Shown in pieces: positions 35,920 to 48,050 of a stretch of 64,000 nucleotides of DNA. Each line of letters opens with the position of its first letter. The first letter of the stretch is position 1. Origin of the DNA: Toensbergia leucococca (Eukaryota); assembly GCA_022813965.1 (NCBI GenBank), contig JALDZS010000001.1:372001-436000 (forward strand). Direction: 5' to 3'. Below the pieces are notes generated by a model. The model made no database searches. It worked only from the letters and a program-made list of their open reading frames with translations, and was not told the origin of the DNA. The translations under genes and the position numbers were made by a program.

Positions 35920-37753
35920 CTACCTCGAGCTTTTGAAGTAAGAGATCAACTTAGGCAACGACCGTTCGTGGACATGGCCAATCTCTTTCACTTTGACGTT
36001 GTGTTCGACCGGATATGCCTTTCCAAGGTTGATTCGAGACAATTCGTCCAATTTTTCGTCAGCTCTAACGGCAACAACTCGTATTGGTTCTTTGACCATC
36101 TTTGTTTCACCCTTGAGCTTTTGGGGAGGGATTTCGCCGGTATAGACCATGGTATGGGATTTCTGGTCTACACCCTTCTTCTCGGTTCCTCTACTATTAT
36201 AGGTCGTGATTGGACTAAACACAATCAGCAATGTTCAATCGCTCCCACGTGGGCGAAATGACTCACAGGCATGAGCAATAATTCTCGTTAGGTCTCTCTC
36301 TTACCACAACGAAGCGCCTAACCTGAGAATATACCACTTCGCCATAAGCAACTGTTGAAAATCCACCATGAGAGCCATGATCAGCTTGACCACTAGCAGC
36401 TTCTGTGTGTAGCATCATAAATACCTGCTGTCGAGTTAGCATCTCCTATCACCTATATGTGTTCAAATCTTTACTTTTCCAATTATGAAGAAGTCTTTCG
36501 GATTGGATCTCTTGAAGTATTCGTCTTAGACATGTTAGCTCGGCTTCCTATATCAAGCCTCTGACTTACGATCCAATTTACTCTGTCGAACATTGTCGAA
36601 ACCAGGATCGTTATCGCGCGACATGGATACAGGCACACCTGAACCCCGGTGAGAAGCGCTCGACGCTTGAGCCTCCTTCGAAGACCCCCTGGCTACTTGG
36701 TCCTTTGCGTAAGTCGCTCGGCTTGCTTGCAGGGCTTGTGCGTATTGAGTGTCATTGGATTGATCCGACCGCTGAAATGTGGGTAACCATTGGCCTGATC
36801 CACTAAGATCTGCTTATTGTTCAGAAGAGTCACTCTTAAAATGAGAGGAGTGGATCATACTTTGCGCGGGCAGTTTGCCTGCAGCATGCCCCAATCCTTG
36901 TGGTGGACCTGCGAATCTGACTCTATCATCAGTTTGTCTATTTTGATATTGAGGAAGCGCTTCCTCACGGTGACTGATTCATAGGAGGCCGTTGAGTGTT
37001 ATCAACAACAGTATAGGCATGTGGCCGAAAATCTGAATCAGTCAGACCGGTGAGTTACTTTACGTCAGAAAAAGGTGTTTACTTTGCAATTGAGCATTCG
37101 CAAGTGAGGACGCTCTTGTTGGGTAGTATGTTGATTGCCGCTGACCTATGGTCTAGTCAGAACAACGATCTAGGAGAGCTCAGTACCGCAGCTGTGCCCA
37201 CCTGGCCTTGCGCTTGGCACATTAACCCGCGTCTCAGAAGTTTGCCCTGATCGTCCATAATGTGTTTGGGCGGCATTTCCCTGGCTTGTGGATAGTTGCG
37301 CAACCCCCTGGGTAATTTGAGCTAGAGAAGTACCAGCCGATCCATGAACATAGTTCCGAAGTCCGTATGGTTCCAGTGGCTGAGGCAACGGCTTGGGTAA
37401 CGGCTGGGGCAATGGACCGCTACCTCCCAGCCTCGGTTGTGTTTGGGGTGGTGAACGGCTATAGGGAGTCGAGGTGTTTGTCACCCGCGGCGTGCTACTA
37501 CTGTTGAAGATCAAACTTCCATGCAGAGAGGTCAATGCAATGTCAAAGAGAAATACATACGTCTGTGGCGTTGCCCATGTTATTTGCTGATTGCCTGGGA
37601 TAGATTGATCGGTTAGCTTGGATGCATTGTGCATTGCATTGGGTCATCCCTTAGTCTTCATCAAGGGAGCATACCTGTCAATGGATCTTTTTCAGAATGG
37701 TAGTAATCTTTCCTCTGGGGATCCCAGGTCCAGTATTCGGCCGAGCTTGCCAT
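35920..37753 (-). CDS. Multi-exon protein with C-terminal DUF6590-type domain
   Basis: N-terminus MASSAEYWTWDPQRKDYY; low-complexity middle; spliced C-terminus FFIIGKVFMMLHTE..YSQVRRFVVV..PITTYNSRG..EPIRV..SRINLGKAYPVEHNVKVKEIG. Internal exon boundaries are approximate. Confidence 0.75.
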
Positions 37754-38596
37754 GACGACGGCAAAGGCCGACTGGCATTTCTCGATGTTTAGGACTTGCC
37801 AGAGGGCGTATCACTGGGACTTTGAATATAATCTTCATGGCTCATATTAGTGCGGCTCAAATGCTTGGCGTAGTTTACAGACACAGCACATAAATGACCA
37901 AGTACATGATGCATCAGACATGTCGCTGATTCGCACCGCATCAATGCCCAAGGTCTATCTATTGGTCCGTCACCCGTGTGGTTGCACAAATCTTGGCTGG
38001 TCCTCAAGTGGCTGCATAATTTTCTCGCTAAGACATTTTACGCGCTGCCCTATCTCGCTGCTCTCGGGATCAGGTATCCGTAGCAGGGCAACACCCTCGA
38101 ACAATCAATCACCCCGAGCAAGGCAACCTGGATTCCATTCGCGCTCCACCATGTTATTTCGGGAGCCTCATCAGGGCGCCGTACAGAGGTGCTTGAAAGG
38201 GGGTCGTCCAGCACGGTCCGTTCCTATCACCTGGCATGGCTTGCATTCCGTGAATAATGACAAACAAGCAAGACCTTGCGTTGTGGTTTCGCACAGAACA
38301 ACATATCGTGGTTGCACTCGTCGGCGGCGCCTCTCTTCCTTCCGTTTGTGAGCTTATAATAGCACTGTTTCCACTCGTATGGTTTGAGGTCCAGCGAACG
38401 GCCTGAGTGTTTCACTTGGTAAATTACCTCTTTAAATCCTCGGTTGAATAGCTACTAATCAACAAGTAGACGCGTAGACTATGAAGGAGTCATGGAATTA
38501 TAGAGGAACCTTTGATCTCGATGAAAGTTTAGACTCTTCATTGTCCAAGGTGGTCTGCAACGCCCATCAATTTACTACAAGAGCAGCTATCCGACA

Positions 38597-39928
38597 ATGG
38601 CTGATAAGGAAGATTCTGATACATACACGAGAGCAAAGCGCCGAAAACCTTTTATCAGTGCCAGAAATGAGATCAAAGAGCTTCGTGGCAGGGTTACCAG
38701 GAGCAGACTTGGCCTTCGGGAGCACAGGGAGGAATTCAGGCTACAGCAAGCAACAGTTCGTGATCTGGAAGCCCGTTTTTGGAAAGGATTACAACAGCAT
38801 TGGGAAAACGATGTGCAATTAGATAGGACTGTCTTCGGAAAGCTATACGAGGAGATACAGGCAGCTCTTGACATTCTAGGCCCAGCAGAGGAGGAATATA
38901 ACGAAAAAGAAGATGACCTAGATGTGCTAGAGTACAAGCTGGAGATCCAAGAGGAAAGATTTTACGACCATCTAGCAGACATCGACCCTGATGACGATAG
39001 CGCAGTCACTCTCGCACGGACACCACCCGAGAGCCACCCTGCACGGCCTCCTAGCACGATTTCTGATGATGCAGTCGGTGAAACGTCTTCGATGCAGCAA
39101 TATCTTTCCCGTGTTGGCGACGCAAATTTAATCAAGGAACGATTGTTAGAACTCAGATATGAAAAGCTTTCTTATCTTGACCTCGAGCATGAACGTATCG
39201 CACTTGATCTGCCGCTCTACCAGCCAAATGTGGAATTTCTGGCAACCTTCGATGAAACACACTCTAAATACCTCGAAGATTTGCATCGCATCGAAGAAGA
39301 CTTGTCAAGATTAAGGGTCGAGGCAGGTCTGATCGACGGTGGGGGCGGTGTCTTACCGCTCCTTACAGACGCTTCTCCTAAGACTCCAAGTCTGGAGCTC
39401 ACGAGTCAATATGTTGAACCCCCGAGGCGCAGAAGCGACGGAGATTTACTCGGAATCCCGGTAGATGCATCTAGTGCTCGTGAACGCATAAATCAATGGA
39501 TACTAGACCGTCTTTCCAATTCGCAGATCGAGCAGGCAAGACACAAGGCAATCCTGAATGACTCGACGCTCGATGAAGATACCTGGAAAGCTAGAGTTGG
39601 TGAATACTGGCAAAAGGATCGAGCAGGATCATCTTCGTCACACCCCTCTTTCCAGGAGAAGTCCGGAGTCTCTTCGACAACGACACCGATCCTGATTCCT
39701 TTCCAAGGATCCACTGAGAATATAAGTACGGCGTTTAACGAGATGAATTTCAAATTAGACGACAGCGGACAAGATCCGTTGAGATTTAAGGACCAGGAAG
39801 TAGACCCTTCCCTCGAGAGGTCGCCTAGGGAATCGGTGAAGAATGTTCCTTTGTTTCACTCGCACTCGCATTCCAGCGATACTGGAAAATTCTCTCTGGA
39901 CAGCTGGGTGACATCGGCCAGCTATTGA
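38597..39928 (+). CDS. Hypothetical coiled-coil protein
   Basis: 443-codon ATG-started ORF, E/L/R-rich helices; motifs QYLSRVGDANLIKERL and RINQWIL. Confidence 0.75.
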   Translation: MADKEDSDTYTRAKRRKPFISARNEIKELRGRVTRSRLGLREHREEFRLQQATVRDLEARFWKGLQQHWENDVQLDRTVFGKLYEEIQAALDILGPAEEEYNEKEDDLDVLEYKLEIQEERFYDHLADIDPDDDSAVTLARTPPESHPARPPSTISDDAVGETSSMQQYLSRVGDANLIKERLLELRYEKLSYLDLEHERIALDLPLYQPNVEFLATFDETHSKYLEDLHRIEEDLSRLRVEAGLIDGGGGVLPLLTDASPKTPSLELTSQYVEPPRRRSDGDLLGIPVDASSARERINQWILDRLSNSQIEQARHKAILNDSTLDEDTWKARVGEYWQKDRAGSSSSHPSFQEKSGVSSTTTPILIPFQGSTENISTAFNEMNFKLDDSGQDPLRFKDQEVDPSLERSPRESVKNVPLFHSHSHSSDTGKFSLDSWVTSASY

Positions 39929-41911
39929 TTTCAAGCTGATTCTGTGTACAATAGATATCTATGTGATGTTCGGACCTGGGAACTGATACTACTCATTAAA
40001 CCGGCAAAATCGAATGTATTGTGAAGTCCAAACAAGGCTGAAAATTAGCAATGGCGATTCATGAGTCTCATCGGCTCCCAAAGTTTGACGTCACATTATC
40101 TGAAGGTTTTTTACACAAGAAGCCTTATATCCTAATCTCCAGTGTTTCGCACAGCGGTCACCAAGAAATAGGAGATAGGGTACCCAGTATTGAAAGGAGT
40201 GCGGCCCGGGGCGGCGAATACCCATGCATGGTACGTTAAAGCAGCAGGCTACATGCAGAAGGAACGTCAGCTGTCCCGAATCTGGTGCGTGTCACTGATA
40301 ACTGGGTACGGGCCAGACCCAATAGAATGGTCGTCTTGTTGTGTTGCTTCTTCCATTTCAGACGCCACTCACGCTATCAATGTGATTTATGCATGCTTGC
40401 GCATTTTATTCACATATTATTCCACCACGCTCACTTTGCTCAGAAGCGAGCAACGATAGACTGGATCGCTTCCTACTCGTACCCTTGATTGGTATGGGTC
40501 AACCGTCGTAAGCTTACTGTGGTAGGTACTCCCCGAACGGCCGAGATAGCTGTGTTGGATCCAACCCAACGTCGTGTCATATATTCGCTGTCATCTGTGG
40601 CTCTTACTGTTCTAGATCTTCATAATAGATCGTAGCCGTCATAGACTCTGTGATAATTATGTGAAGCGCTTTCTCCCTTGCTAGATTACAGAGCACTGGA
40701 TAAGCAATAACTAGTAAGACTGCCCCTCATCTGTGCGTGCAACAGTGCAATGGCCCTTGAAGTTCAAAGGCATCCATATTCCATCCCCCGAGAGAGCCGA
40801 TTCAGATGAGCGAGAATACTCGTTGAGGAGACGGAAGATAATTCGTCGGATTGTATGTTGTATTCCATCGTTTCATACATTCATGCCGTGTCCCTTCAAT
40901 TGGTTAAACGAGTTTTTTGGTTTTACAGTGACGAGTCAAGATCGCTCAAGATGTTGAAGCCTCCAAACATTGAAAATCTACCCATGTAGTCGACAATACC
41001 TTCATGACCAGTTGGTAGCGTCTCCCTTAGGTATGGACCTCCTTAGATATGGACCTAAAGTAGTAATAGGGGAAGACGTTCAATTCGTAGAGTAGGTAGA
41101 ATGAGGAAGATGCCCACGATCTTTCATTGCCTTATTGCCTTGCTCTCATCATCCTATCGCACATGATCTCACATCCACAGATGTTGGCTGACGGCTCGTG
41201 ATGATATAATTCATGAGGTAACGTTACCGATCATGATCAAGGATTCGCAAAGGTGCCCCCATATCCAAAGTACTAGCCAGTAACCGTTACTGTATGAGGT
41301 TTTCCAGAAAGGTCTCTTTTCGCGCTAACCCTAAAATTAGACTCCAAACCTCAATACGTCAAAGAACTTGATCAAACACTTGACAAATAGAGTTTGTCGG
41401 CTGGCTACCTCTGCAAGGCAATCAGTATGCAGGTACCTGGTCTTGCCTACAATTGGAGATCAATCTTTGGACTTCAACACTGAGTACACAATTGACGCGC
41501 CCTTATATATTCTACTTGTCCGCGTAAACTCACACTGTGAATGATTTAAGCTTGGGCTTACAAACCGACATTCGAGTTTGTTGTCCGACACATCCCGAAT
41601 GGACCGTCGCCTTTCCGATATCCGTACTGCAGAAAGACTTCCTTAATTGCACTTGGCCAACACGAATCTGACGCGCACGCTTTCAAGTTGTCTTAGTCCA
41701 AGGCATGTGGGCAATTCATCTACTCATGTGTCTGGGAGATTTCCTTTGTCTGTCCTAGAACGCATCGGACCCAATTGACTTCCCGCCGCTGTGACCCAAG
41801 GCCATCGTCTAGTAAGCACTCTTGACACACTACTTTTTGTATCAAAATTGCGAGAGGAAGATGCTGATTTTCCATATTTTCTATCTGCAGTTATCTCTCC
41901 TGCTTCCCTCC

Positions 41912-43981
41912 ATGGCCACCATTGTGCCCAACATGTCCCACCGTCCCGAAGTCGTCCCGGAGATCTCAACATCACACCTGAACAACCCTTCATCTCAAGA
42001 GCCAAACCTCATACCAGAGCATCATGTTCGCTCAATTGGTTTGGAAGAATCGCCACCACCATCTTCATCACCGCGCTTCAACAATCCTATACCCCAAGAG
42101 CCAACTACAATAGCAGAATATCATGTCCGTCCAAACGGATCCAAACAATCGCCACCGTCATCCTTATCTTCGGTTGAGTCTTCCCCACCCTCGTCAGACT
42201 CCGAGCCGCCAGACACTCCTCGGACTGATACCGGAGCCGATGTATCAGTAGAGAAGCTACAAGATTGGGGGAAACTTGCTGCCAGTGCTACCAAGCTACG
42301 AAGACGACGTGCCTCGACGAGACTTATTGTTCGAAGCCCGGAAGGCATACAAAGAGCTTTTGGTGATGAAGGAGCTAGAACTCAGCTGGTGGACAATTTT
42401 TGCTGCGGGGGTGGTTGTTGCTTCTTGCTCAACGAGGATCCTCCTCCAAAACCCTCTCCAACGGTAACATTACCAGACAATGAAGCCTTTAGAAGTCTTC
42501 ATCTCAACTTTGGCTCCTTGAGTATTGACATGCCGCTCACGAATGTTGCTAAACTTCCTCTACAAGTCCTTTCGTTCGAAACTCTGCATTCTCATAATAT
42601 ATCACCAAAGTCTGCTGCACAACTACACCCCCCCAACTTTGTTACTCCACACCCCCCGTATGATGTCTATTCAGCAAAGGTCCACCATGCCCGCGAATTG
42701 ACGAAGGGGGGAGCAGAAAAGAGAACCTACCATTTTGACCTTGACGTCACAGATTATCCTGATGAGAGTGGTAACGTCGATTTTGTTGTTGGTGGTGCAA
42801 TTGGTGTTTGTGCACCTAATTCAGAGGAGTTGGTTGACGAGATCTTTGATGTGCTTAACATTCCAAATTACAAGCGTGACAAGAAATTCATACTGAAGAC
42901 TGAAAGCGGAAGATGGCCGACTATTTGGGGCGAAGAGATGGCACGAGAGCTCATTACAACAAGACGAGAGCTCTTAACTTGGTGCTCGGATGTGCAGAGC
43001 TATCCACCCACCAAGGCACTCCTCAGACTCCTCGGCGAGTATGCGTCATCTTTGAGTGAGAAAAAGATTCTGTATTATCTTACTTCGGCGCAAGGCCAAG
43101 CCGCTTTTTGCGATCTCCGAACAGGTCCTCATATCACTATTGCCCAACTGCTGCATGCATTCCCTTCCTCACAACCTCCGTTGCCGCATTTGCTTTCAGT
43201 CCTCAATACATTAATGCCACGATTTTACTCCCTATCTTCGGATCCACAGACAGCCCAGATCCAAGAGGGACGCAAGTGCCGTCGCCTCATCGAGATTGCC
43301 GTCACTGTACACGAAACGCCTAACTGGAGGGGCGGACCGAGGACAGGCTTAGGATCTGGATATCTAGAACGTGTAGCTCAGAAGATAGTAGAAGCGGAAA
43401 ACAAAGGCGCAAATCCTTCGGACCTCGACTTCAGGATCCCAATATTTCGTGGACTAATGGCGAACCCACTAGCCCGAGAGTACGTATCGGATGGACCTAT
43501 GCTTTTGATTGGTGCTGGTGTCGGCGTCGCTCCATTCCGAGGCTTTGTGCAACGGCGACTTAAATCTGCAAATTGTGCAAACAAAGTCTGGGTTTTGCAA
43601 GGGGTAAGAGACTCTTTGCTTGATGAGCTTTACAGTGGCGAATGGGGAGTGCATGAGGAAAAGGTCAAAAAAGTGGTGCAAAGCCGGCGTGGGGAGGGAC
43701 GTTACGTTCAGGAAGAGGTCAGAGCACAAGCCGATCTGGTTTGGTTTATCATCAACGCTCTTGATGGTAGGGTGTTTGTCTGTGGTAGTAGCCAGGGGAT
43801 GGGGGAAGGAGTCGAAGCGGCCCTCGTAGATGTGGCGATGGATAAGGGTACTTTGAACAAAGAAGAAGCCACACAATTCTGGGCGCAGAAGAAAAAGGGC
43901 GGCCAGTATATTGCTGTGAGTGTCACGTACGAAGGACGTACGACTTGATTCCTACTGACCATATTTTAGGAGACTTGGTGA
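41912..43981 (+). CDS. FAD/NADPH-binding FNR-type oxidoreductase (CPR/methionine-synthase-reductase-like C-terminal module), no flavodoxin domain; intron 43916-43969
   Basis: PRFYSLSS, GLGSGYL, LLIGAGVGVAPFRGF, RYVQE, VFVCGS, terminal YIAETW after splicing. Confidence 0.88.
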
Positions 43982-44419
43982 TCCAGCATCTTGTTATTAA
44001 GTGTGTACTCGTACCAAGCGTGTTGCGTCCTTACTGAGGTCTGATGACTGGACGCGAAACATGATTGAAAATTGATACATATTAGAATTTGCTTAAGACT
44101 CATGACGAAAAGTACGAGCGTCATGGCTAGTATGATTAGCATCTATAGAATTATGTTCTCTACGAGCTGAAATATTAAATATCAGAAAACAGAAGAAGGT
44201 TCTCCTTTTTCAACTTGTAAATGGCGGACTTATGTCTTGGGAGCTATTGACTAGGTGTGCAGTAGCAATCCTTGCATAGAAAGGGGTGTTGCTGGTTGCC
44301 GCCGGGTTTAAAATACGCGAAAAGATCACATTTTGTAATTTATACAAGGCACGGAGGCACGATACGCGCGACAAACTCATATTGAATATCGTAACAATTT
44401 TCCCTTGACTCATACTTGG

Positions 44420-46718
44420 ATGCACCCTCGGGCGTATCTGAGCAGTGTAAGGTTCCTGAGGCCTGGCAGATTATTCGGTTCTACTATAATTATTTTGAGA
44501 CAGTCGTTCAGAGCAAATCACTGCATTCCCATGCAGATTTTCGAAGACAAATCAAAGATGGCGACTACAACAGCAGCAACTAATCCTGTAGATCAATATC
44601 GGCAGGAGATCTCGGATACTCTAGCTTCTGTGACTGGTCTAATGGCCGAAAAGGTGTATCCGAAACTACAGTACACTCAGACGCAGGAGAAAGGAGACTT
44701 GATACTCCCCGTCGCAGCGCTGACACCCAAAGGTGGTAAAGCTGCTGAGCTAGCTGTGCAGTGGGCGGAGAAGGTAATATCAGCTTAAATCCGAGCTTCT
44801 TCAGGTTGCTGATTTCTAGAGATTTTATAGTTCCCAGAGTCGGAAAAGGTTGGAAAGCCGGTTGTGGCTTCCCAGTATCTGCAGTTCTACTTCAAACCGG
44901 TTCCCCTTGCCCAAACCATCATCAGTATCATACTGAACGCGAAAGGTCTGTACGGTACGAATCACAAATTGGGCCTGAAGGATTCTTCAGATGCTTCACA
45001 AGGACGGAAGCGAGTCATAGTCGAATTTTCATCCCCAAACATTGCTAAACCATTTCATGCCGGGCATTTGCGAAGTACAATCATTGGCGGATTTTTGGCG
45101 AACCTCTATGAGGCCGCAGGATGGGACGTCGTCCGAATGAATTACCTGGGTGACTGGGGAAGACAATTTGGATTACTCGCTATTGCATTTGATTCATATG
45201 GCAGTGAAGAGAAGCTTGCAAAAGATCCTATCGGCCACCTTTATGACATCTACGTACAGATCAATAGGGACTCGGGTCCGGAAGAAGAGGTGATAAAAGA
45301 AAAGAAGGAGCAGCTCAAGGAGTTATACGCCAAAGGAACTAATACGACTGAGTTGGAGAGTGAGATTGCGACCCTAGAAAGAGATAGTGTCAATGGTAAA
45401 GCTCGGGCATACTTTAAAAAGCTCGAGGAAGCCAAAAAGGTCCAAGACCGCGTGAAGCTACAAAATGCCCAAAGCCTTGAGGCTGTCCAGAAAGACATGA
45501 ATGGAGAAGAGTCCGAAGAACTCGGAGACAGTGATACAGCTGAAATAGCAACCTGGAGACGATTCCGAAACTTAAGCATCATAAAATACAAGCAGACCTA
45601 TGCTAGACTCAATATACGGTATGATTTTTATTCTGGAGAGTCTATGGTCGAATCCGAGAGGCTAGAGCTTGCCAGTGAAGAGTTGCAAGAATCGGGTGTT
45701 TCAGAAAAGTCGGACGGAGCTGTCATCGTTGACTTCACCAAGGACCCGAAGACTAAAAAATTGGGCAAAGCTATTATCAAGAAGAAGGACGGATCGACAT
45801 TATACTTGACGCGAGATATTGCGGAAGCAGTGAAGCGACACAAGGTGTATGATTTTGATCAAATGATCTATGTTGTCATGTCTCAGCAAGACCTTCACTT
45901 AGCACAGCTCTTCAAAATCCTTGAACGAATGGGACATGGTGATGTCTCCACCAGATGTAGGCATATCAACTTCGGTATGGTTCTAGGGATGAGTACACGG
46001 AAGGGCACAGTCAAATTTCTCGACGACATCCTGAGGGATGTAGGAGACAAAATGCACGAAGTTATGTTAAAGGATAAAGCCAAGTATGCCAACGTCACCG
46101 ACCCAAAGATGACGGCGGACATTCTTGGCATCACAGCCGTCATGGTCCAAGACATGACGGGAAAGCGGTATGTCGTGAGCTCTGAGAAACAAGTCTGAAA
46201 TGACGTTTTCTGATGGATTTTTCAGGATCAACAACTATGAATTCAAATTGGACCGGATGACTGCTACTGAGGGGGATACTGGTCCATATCTCCAATATGC
46301 CCACGTCCGTCTCTGTTCAATTGCTCGAGCTGCCGACTTGTCCGACACAGATTTGAAGTCTGCTGATTTCTCATTACTACAAGAACCACAAGCTATTAAC
46401 CTGATTCGAAGCCTCGCGTCGTGGCCGGACACAGTGCAGCGAACCCTTGAAACTTTGGAGCCGACTACGGTCCTAACCTATCTTTTTAGAATGTCTCATC
46501 TAGTCAGCACCAGCTACGACGTACTCCGGGTGGTAGGTAGCGAGCCTGAACTTAAGAAGGCTCGGATGGCATTGTATGAAGCTGCGAGACAAGTTCTGAA
46601 TAACGGAATGAAGATGCTCGGTCTGACGCCCTTGGAGCGGTAAGTCTGCATTTGGGTCATCTATTAAGGCTGTGATTGTGGACTGTGGACTGGTTGTCTG
46701 ACGAATGGCAGGATGTAA
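44420..46718 (+). CDS. RRS1: Arginyl-tRNA synthetase (class I), 4 exons; conserved part starts at ATG 44558, in-frame upstream ATG at 44420
   Basis: VEFSSPNIAKPFHAGHLRSTIIG (HIGH variant), NYLGDWGRQFG, YLTRDI, GMSTRKG, GDTGPYLQYAH, C-terminal GLTPLERM. Confidence 0.95.
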
Positions 46719-48050
46719 TTGGAAGGTGCGGAGGGTATTACCTAAATCTCCTGGGGAAATGAAAGTGAGCCTCCCAATCCTGATGAAGCTTGCTCTACGA
46801 CTTACCACTCGGACGTTGTCCAGGCATACCATATCACTGTTGGACATTGTCTAATGCCAGTTCGGCTCAGATTTGGAGTCATTCTTGGCGGAAGGTTGAT
46901 CATTTAGCCTGCCCCATTACCCCATTCCTATCATTTAAAAGGCGGTGAGGCGAGGCCATGCAAGTTTGAGTCCGTGTTACTTGGTATTACATAAGTAGCG
47001 AGCACCCAGGGTCAATGTCGCATTCCGACCTCACCAGATGCGGTTACCGGAGCGTTATCGCTTACGGACAGAGTCGAAATCCTTTATATTGAAAGTCTGG
47101 CTCATTGCGGAGAATCATGAACTTGGCAAGACAGAGTACGAGCAAAAGGAAGGATATGCCATGGTGGATTCTGATGACCGTGTAGGGATTGCTCCGTCGG
47201 CAGGGCATCAATCTTAGGCTCTCTCTGGGGCTGAGAAGATCGTGATGTTACACCGTTTACGCGGCACTCTCCCGAATATGACATGCTTTTCATCCATGGC
47301 GCTAGAGACCATATCCTTGTCTATGCATCATAGTTGAGTAGGTAATGTCTGAGACTGTGAGGCCATACTACTCCCACTCCTTGTGCCGTGCTGGCACTTC
47401 TAGCTGCGCGTCACCATCCTTTCAACTCAAGACACGAGTGCTGGAAAGCCTATTTGAATTGACCATGCTTTAGGCTGCTACGGAGCATTGGGCAGAGCGA
47501 CCATCTCCATTGGACCAGGCGTCCAATATCTCGTACATGACCACAGCGAGTTGACTCGGAGATGCTGCACCACTGCACTGGCTCTGGTCAAAAGCCGGTG
47601 GCCGGCAGCATGCAAGCAGGCAGAAGATGGAGCATGGCTAAGGAGCTAAGGTAGTCGAATGTCGCTAACCCACGTGTGTATGACTCGATCACAACCTGAA
47701 ATGCCAAAAGAATTATTCATTTCCGTCAACAAATCATTCAGCCAGATGCACTGGCCACATTGGCCATGGTAGTCCGCTCTTCTCCCCTAACGAAATAAAG
47801 TAATGACAATAATAATGATGAGTTACACCATGATTAATTAAATTAATTAATCTTCATCTTTTTTATTTTGTCAATTATTTCTGTTCTTCGGCCCAAGGTG
47901 TTAGGTGTCTGAGGTACCCCGCAGTGCCCGCATCTTTCGATCGATTATTTTTATTAATATTTCTTAGCCTTCGGCTACCGACCTTTGGTGCTCTGATGCC
48001 GACTAAGTTTCCGCCCTACAACCAACCTCCAGCATTTTCTGAAGACAATA

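Noticed and set aside
41025..41335. 16-bp tandem duplication (ccttag(g/a)tatggacct x2) and telomere-like ctaaccctaa
   Set aside because: Too short to distinguish from slippage or chance; fewer than two full telomere units.
47832..47852. AT-rich palindrome gattaattaaattaattaatc
   Set aside because: Low-complexity 21-mer with no supporting context.
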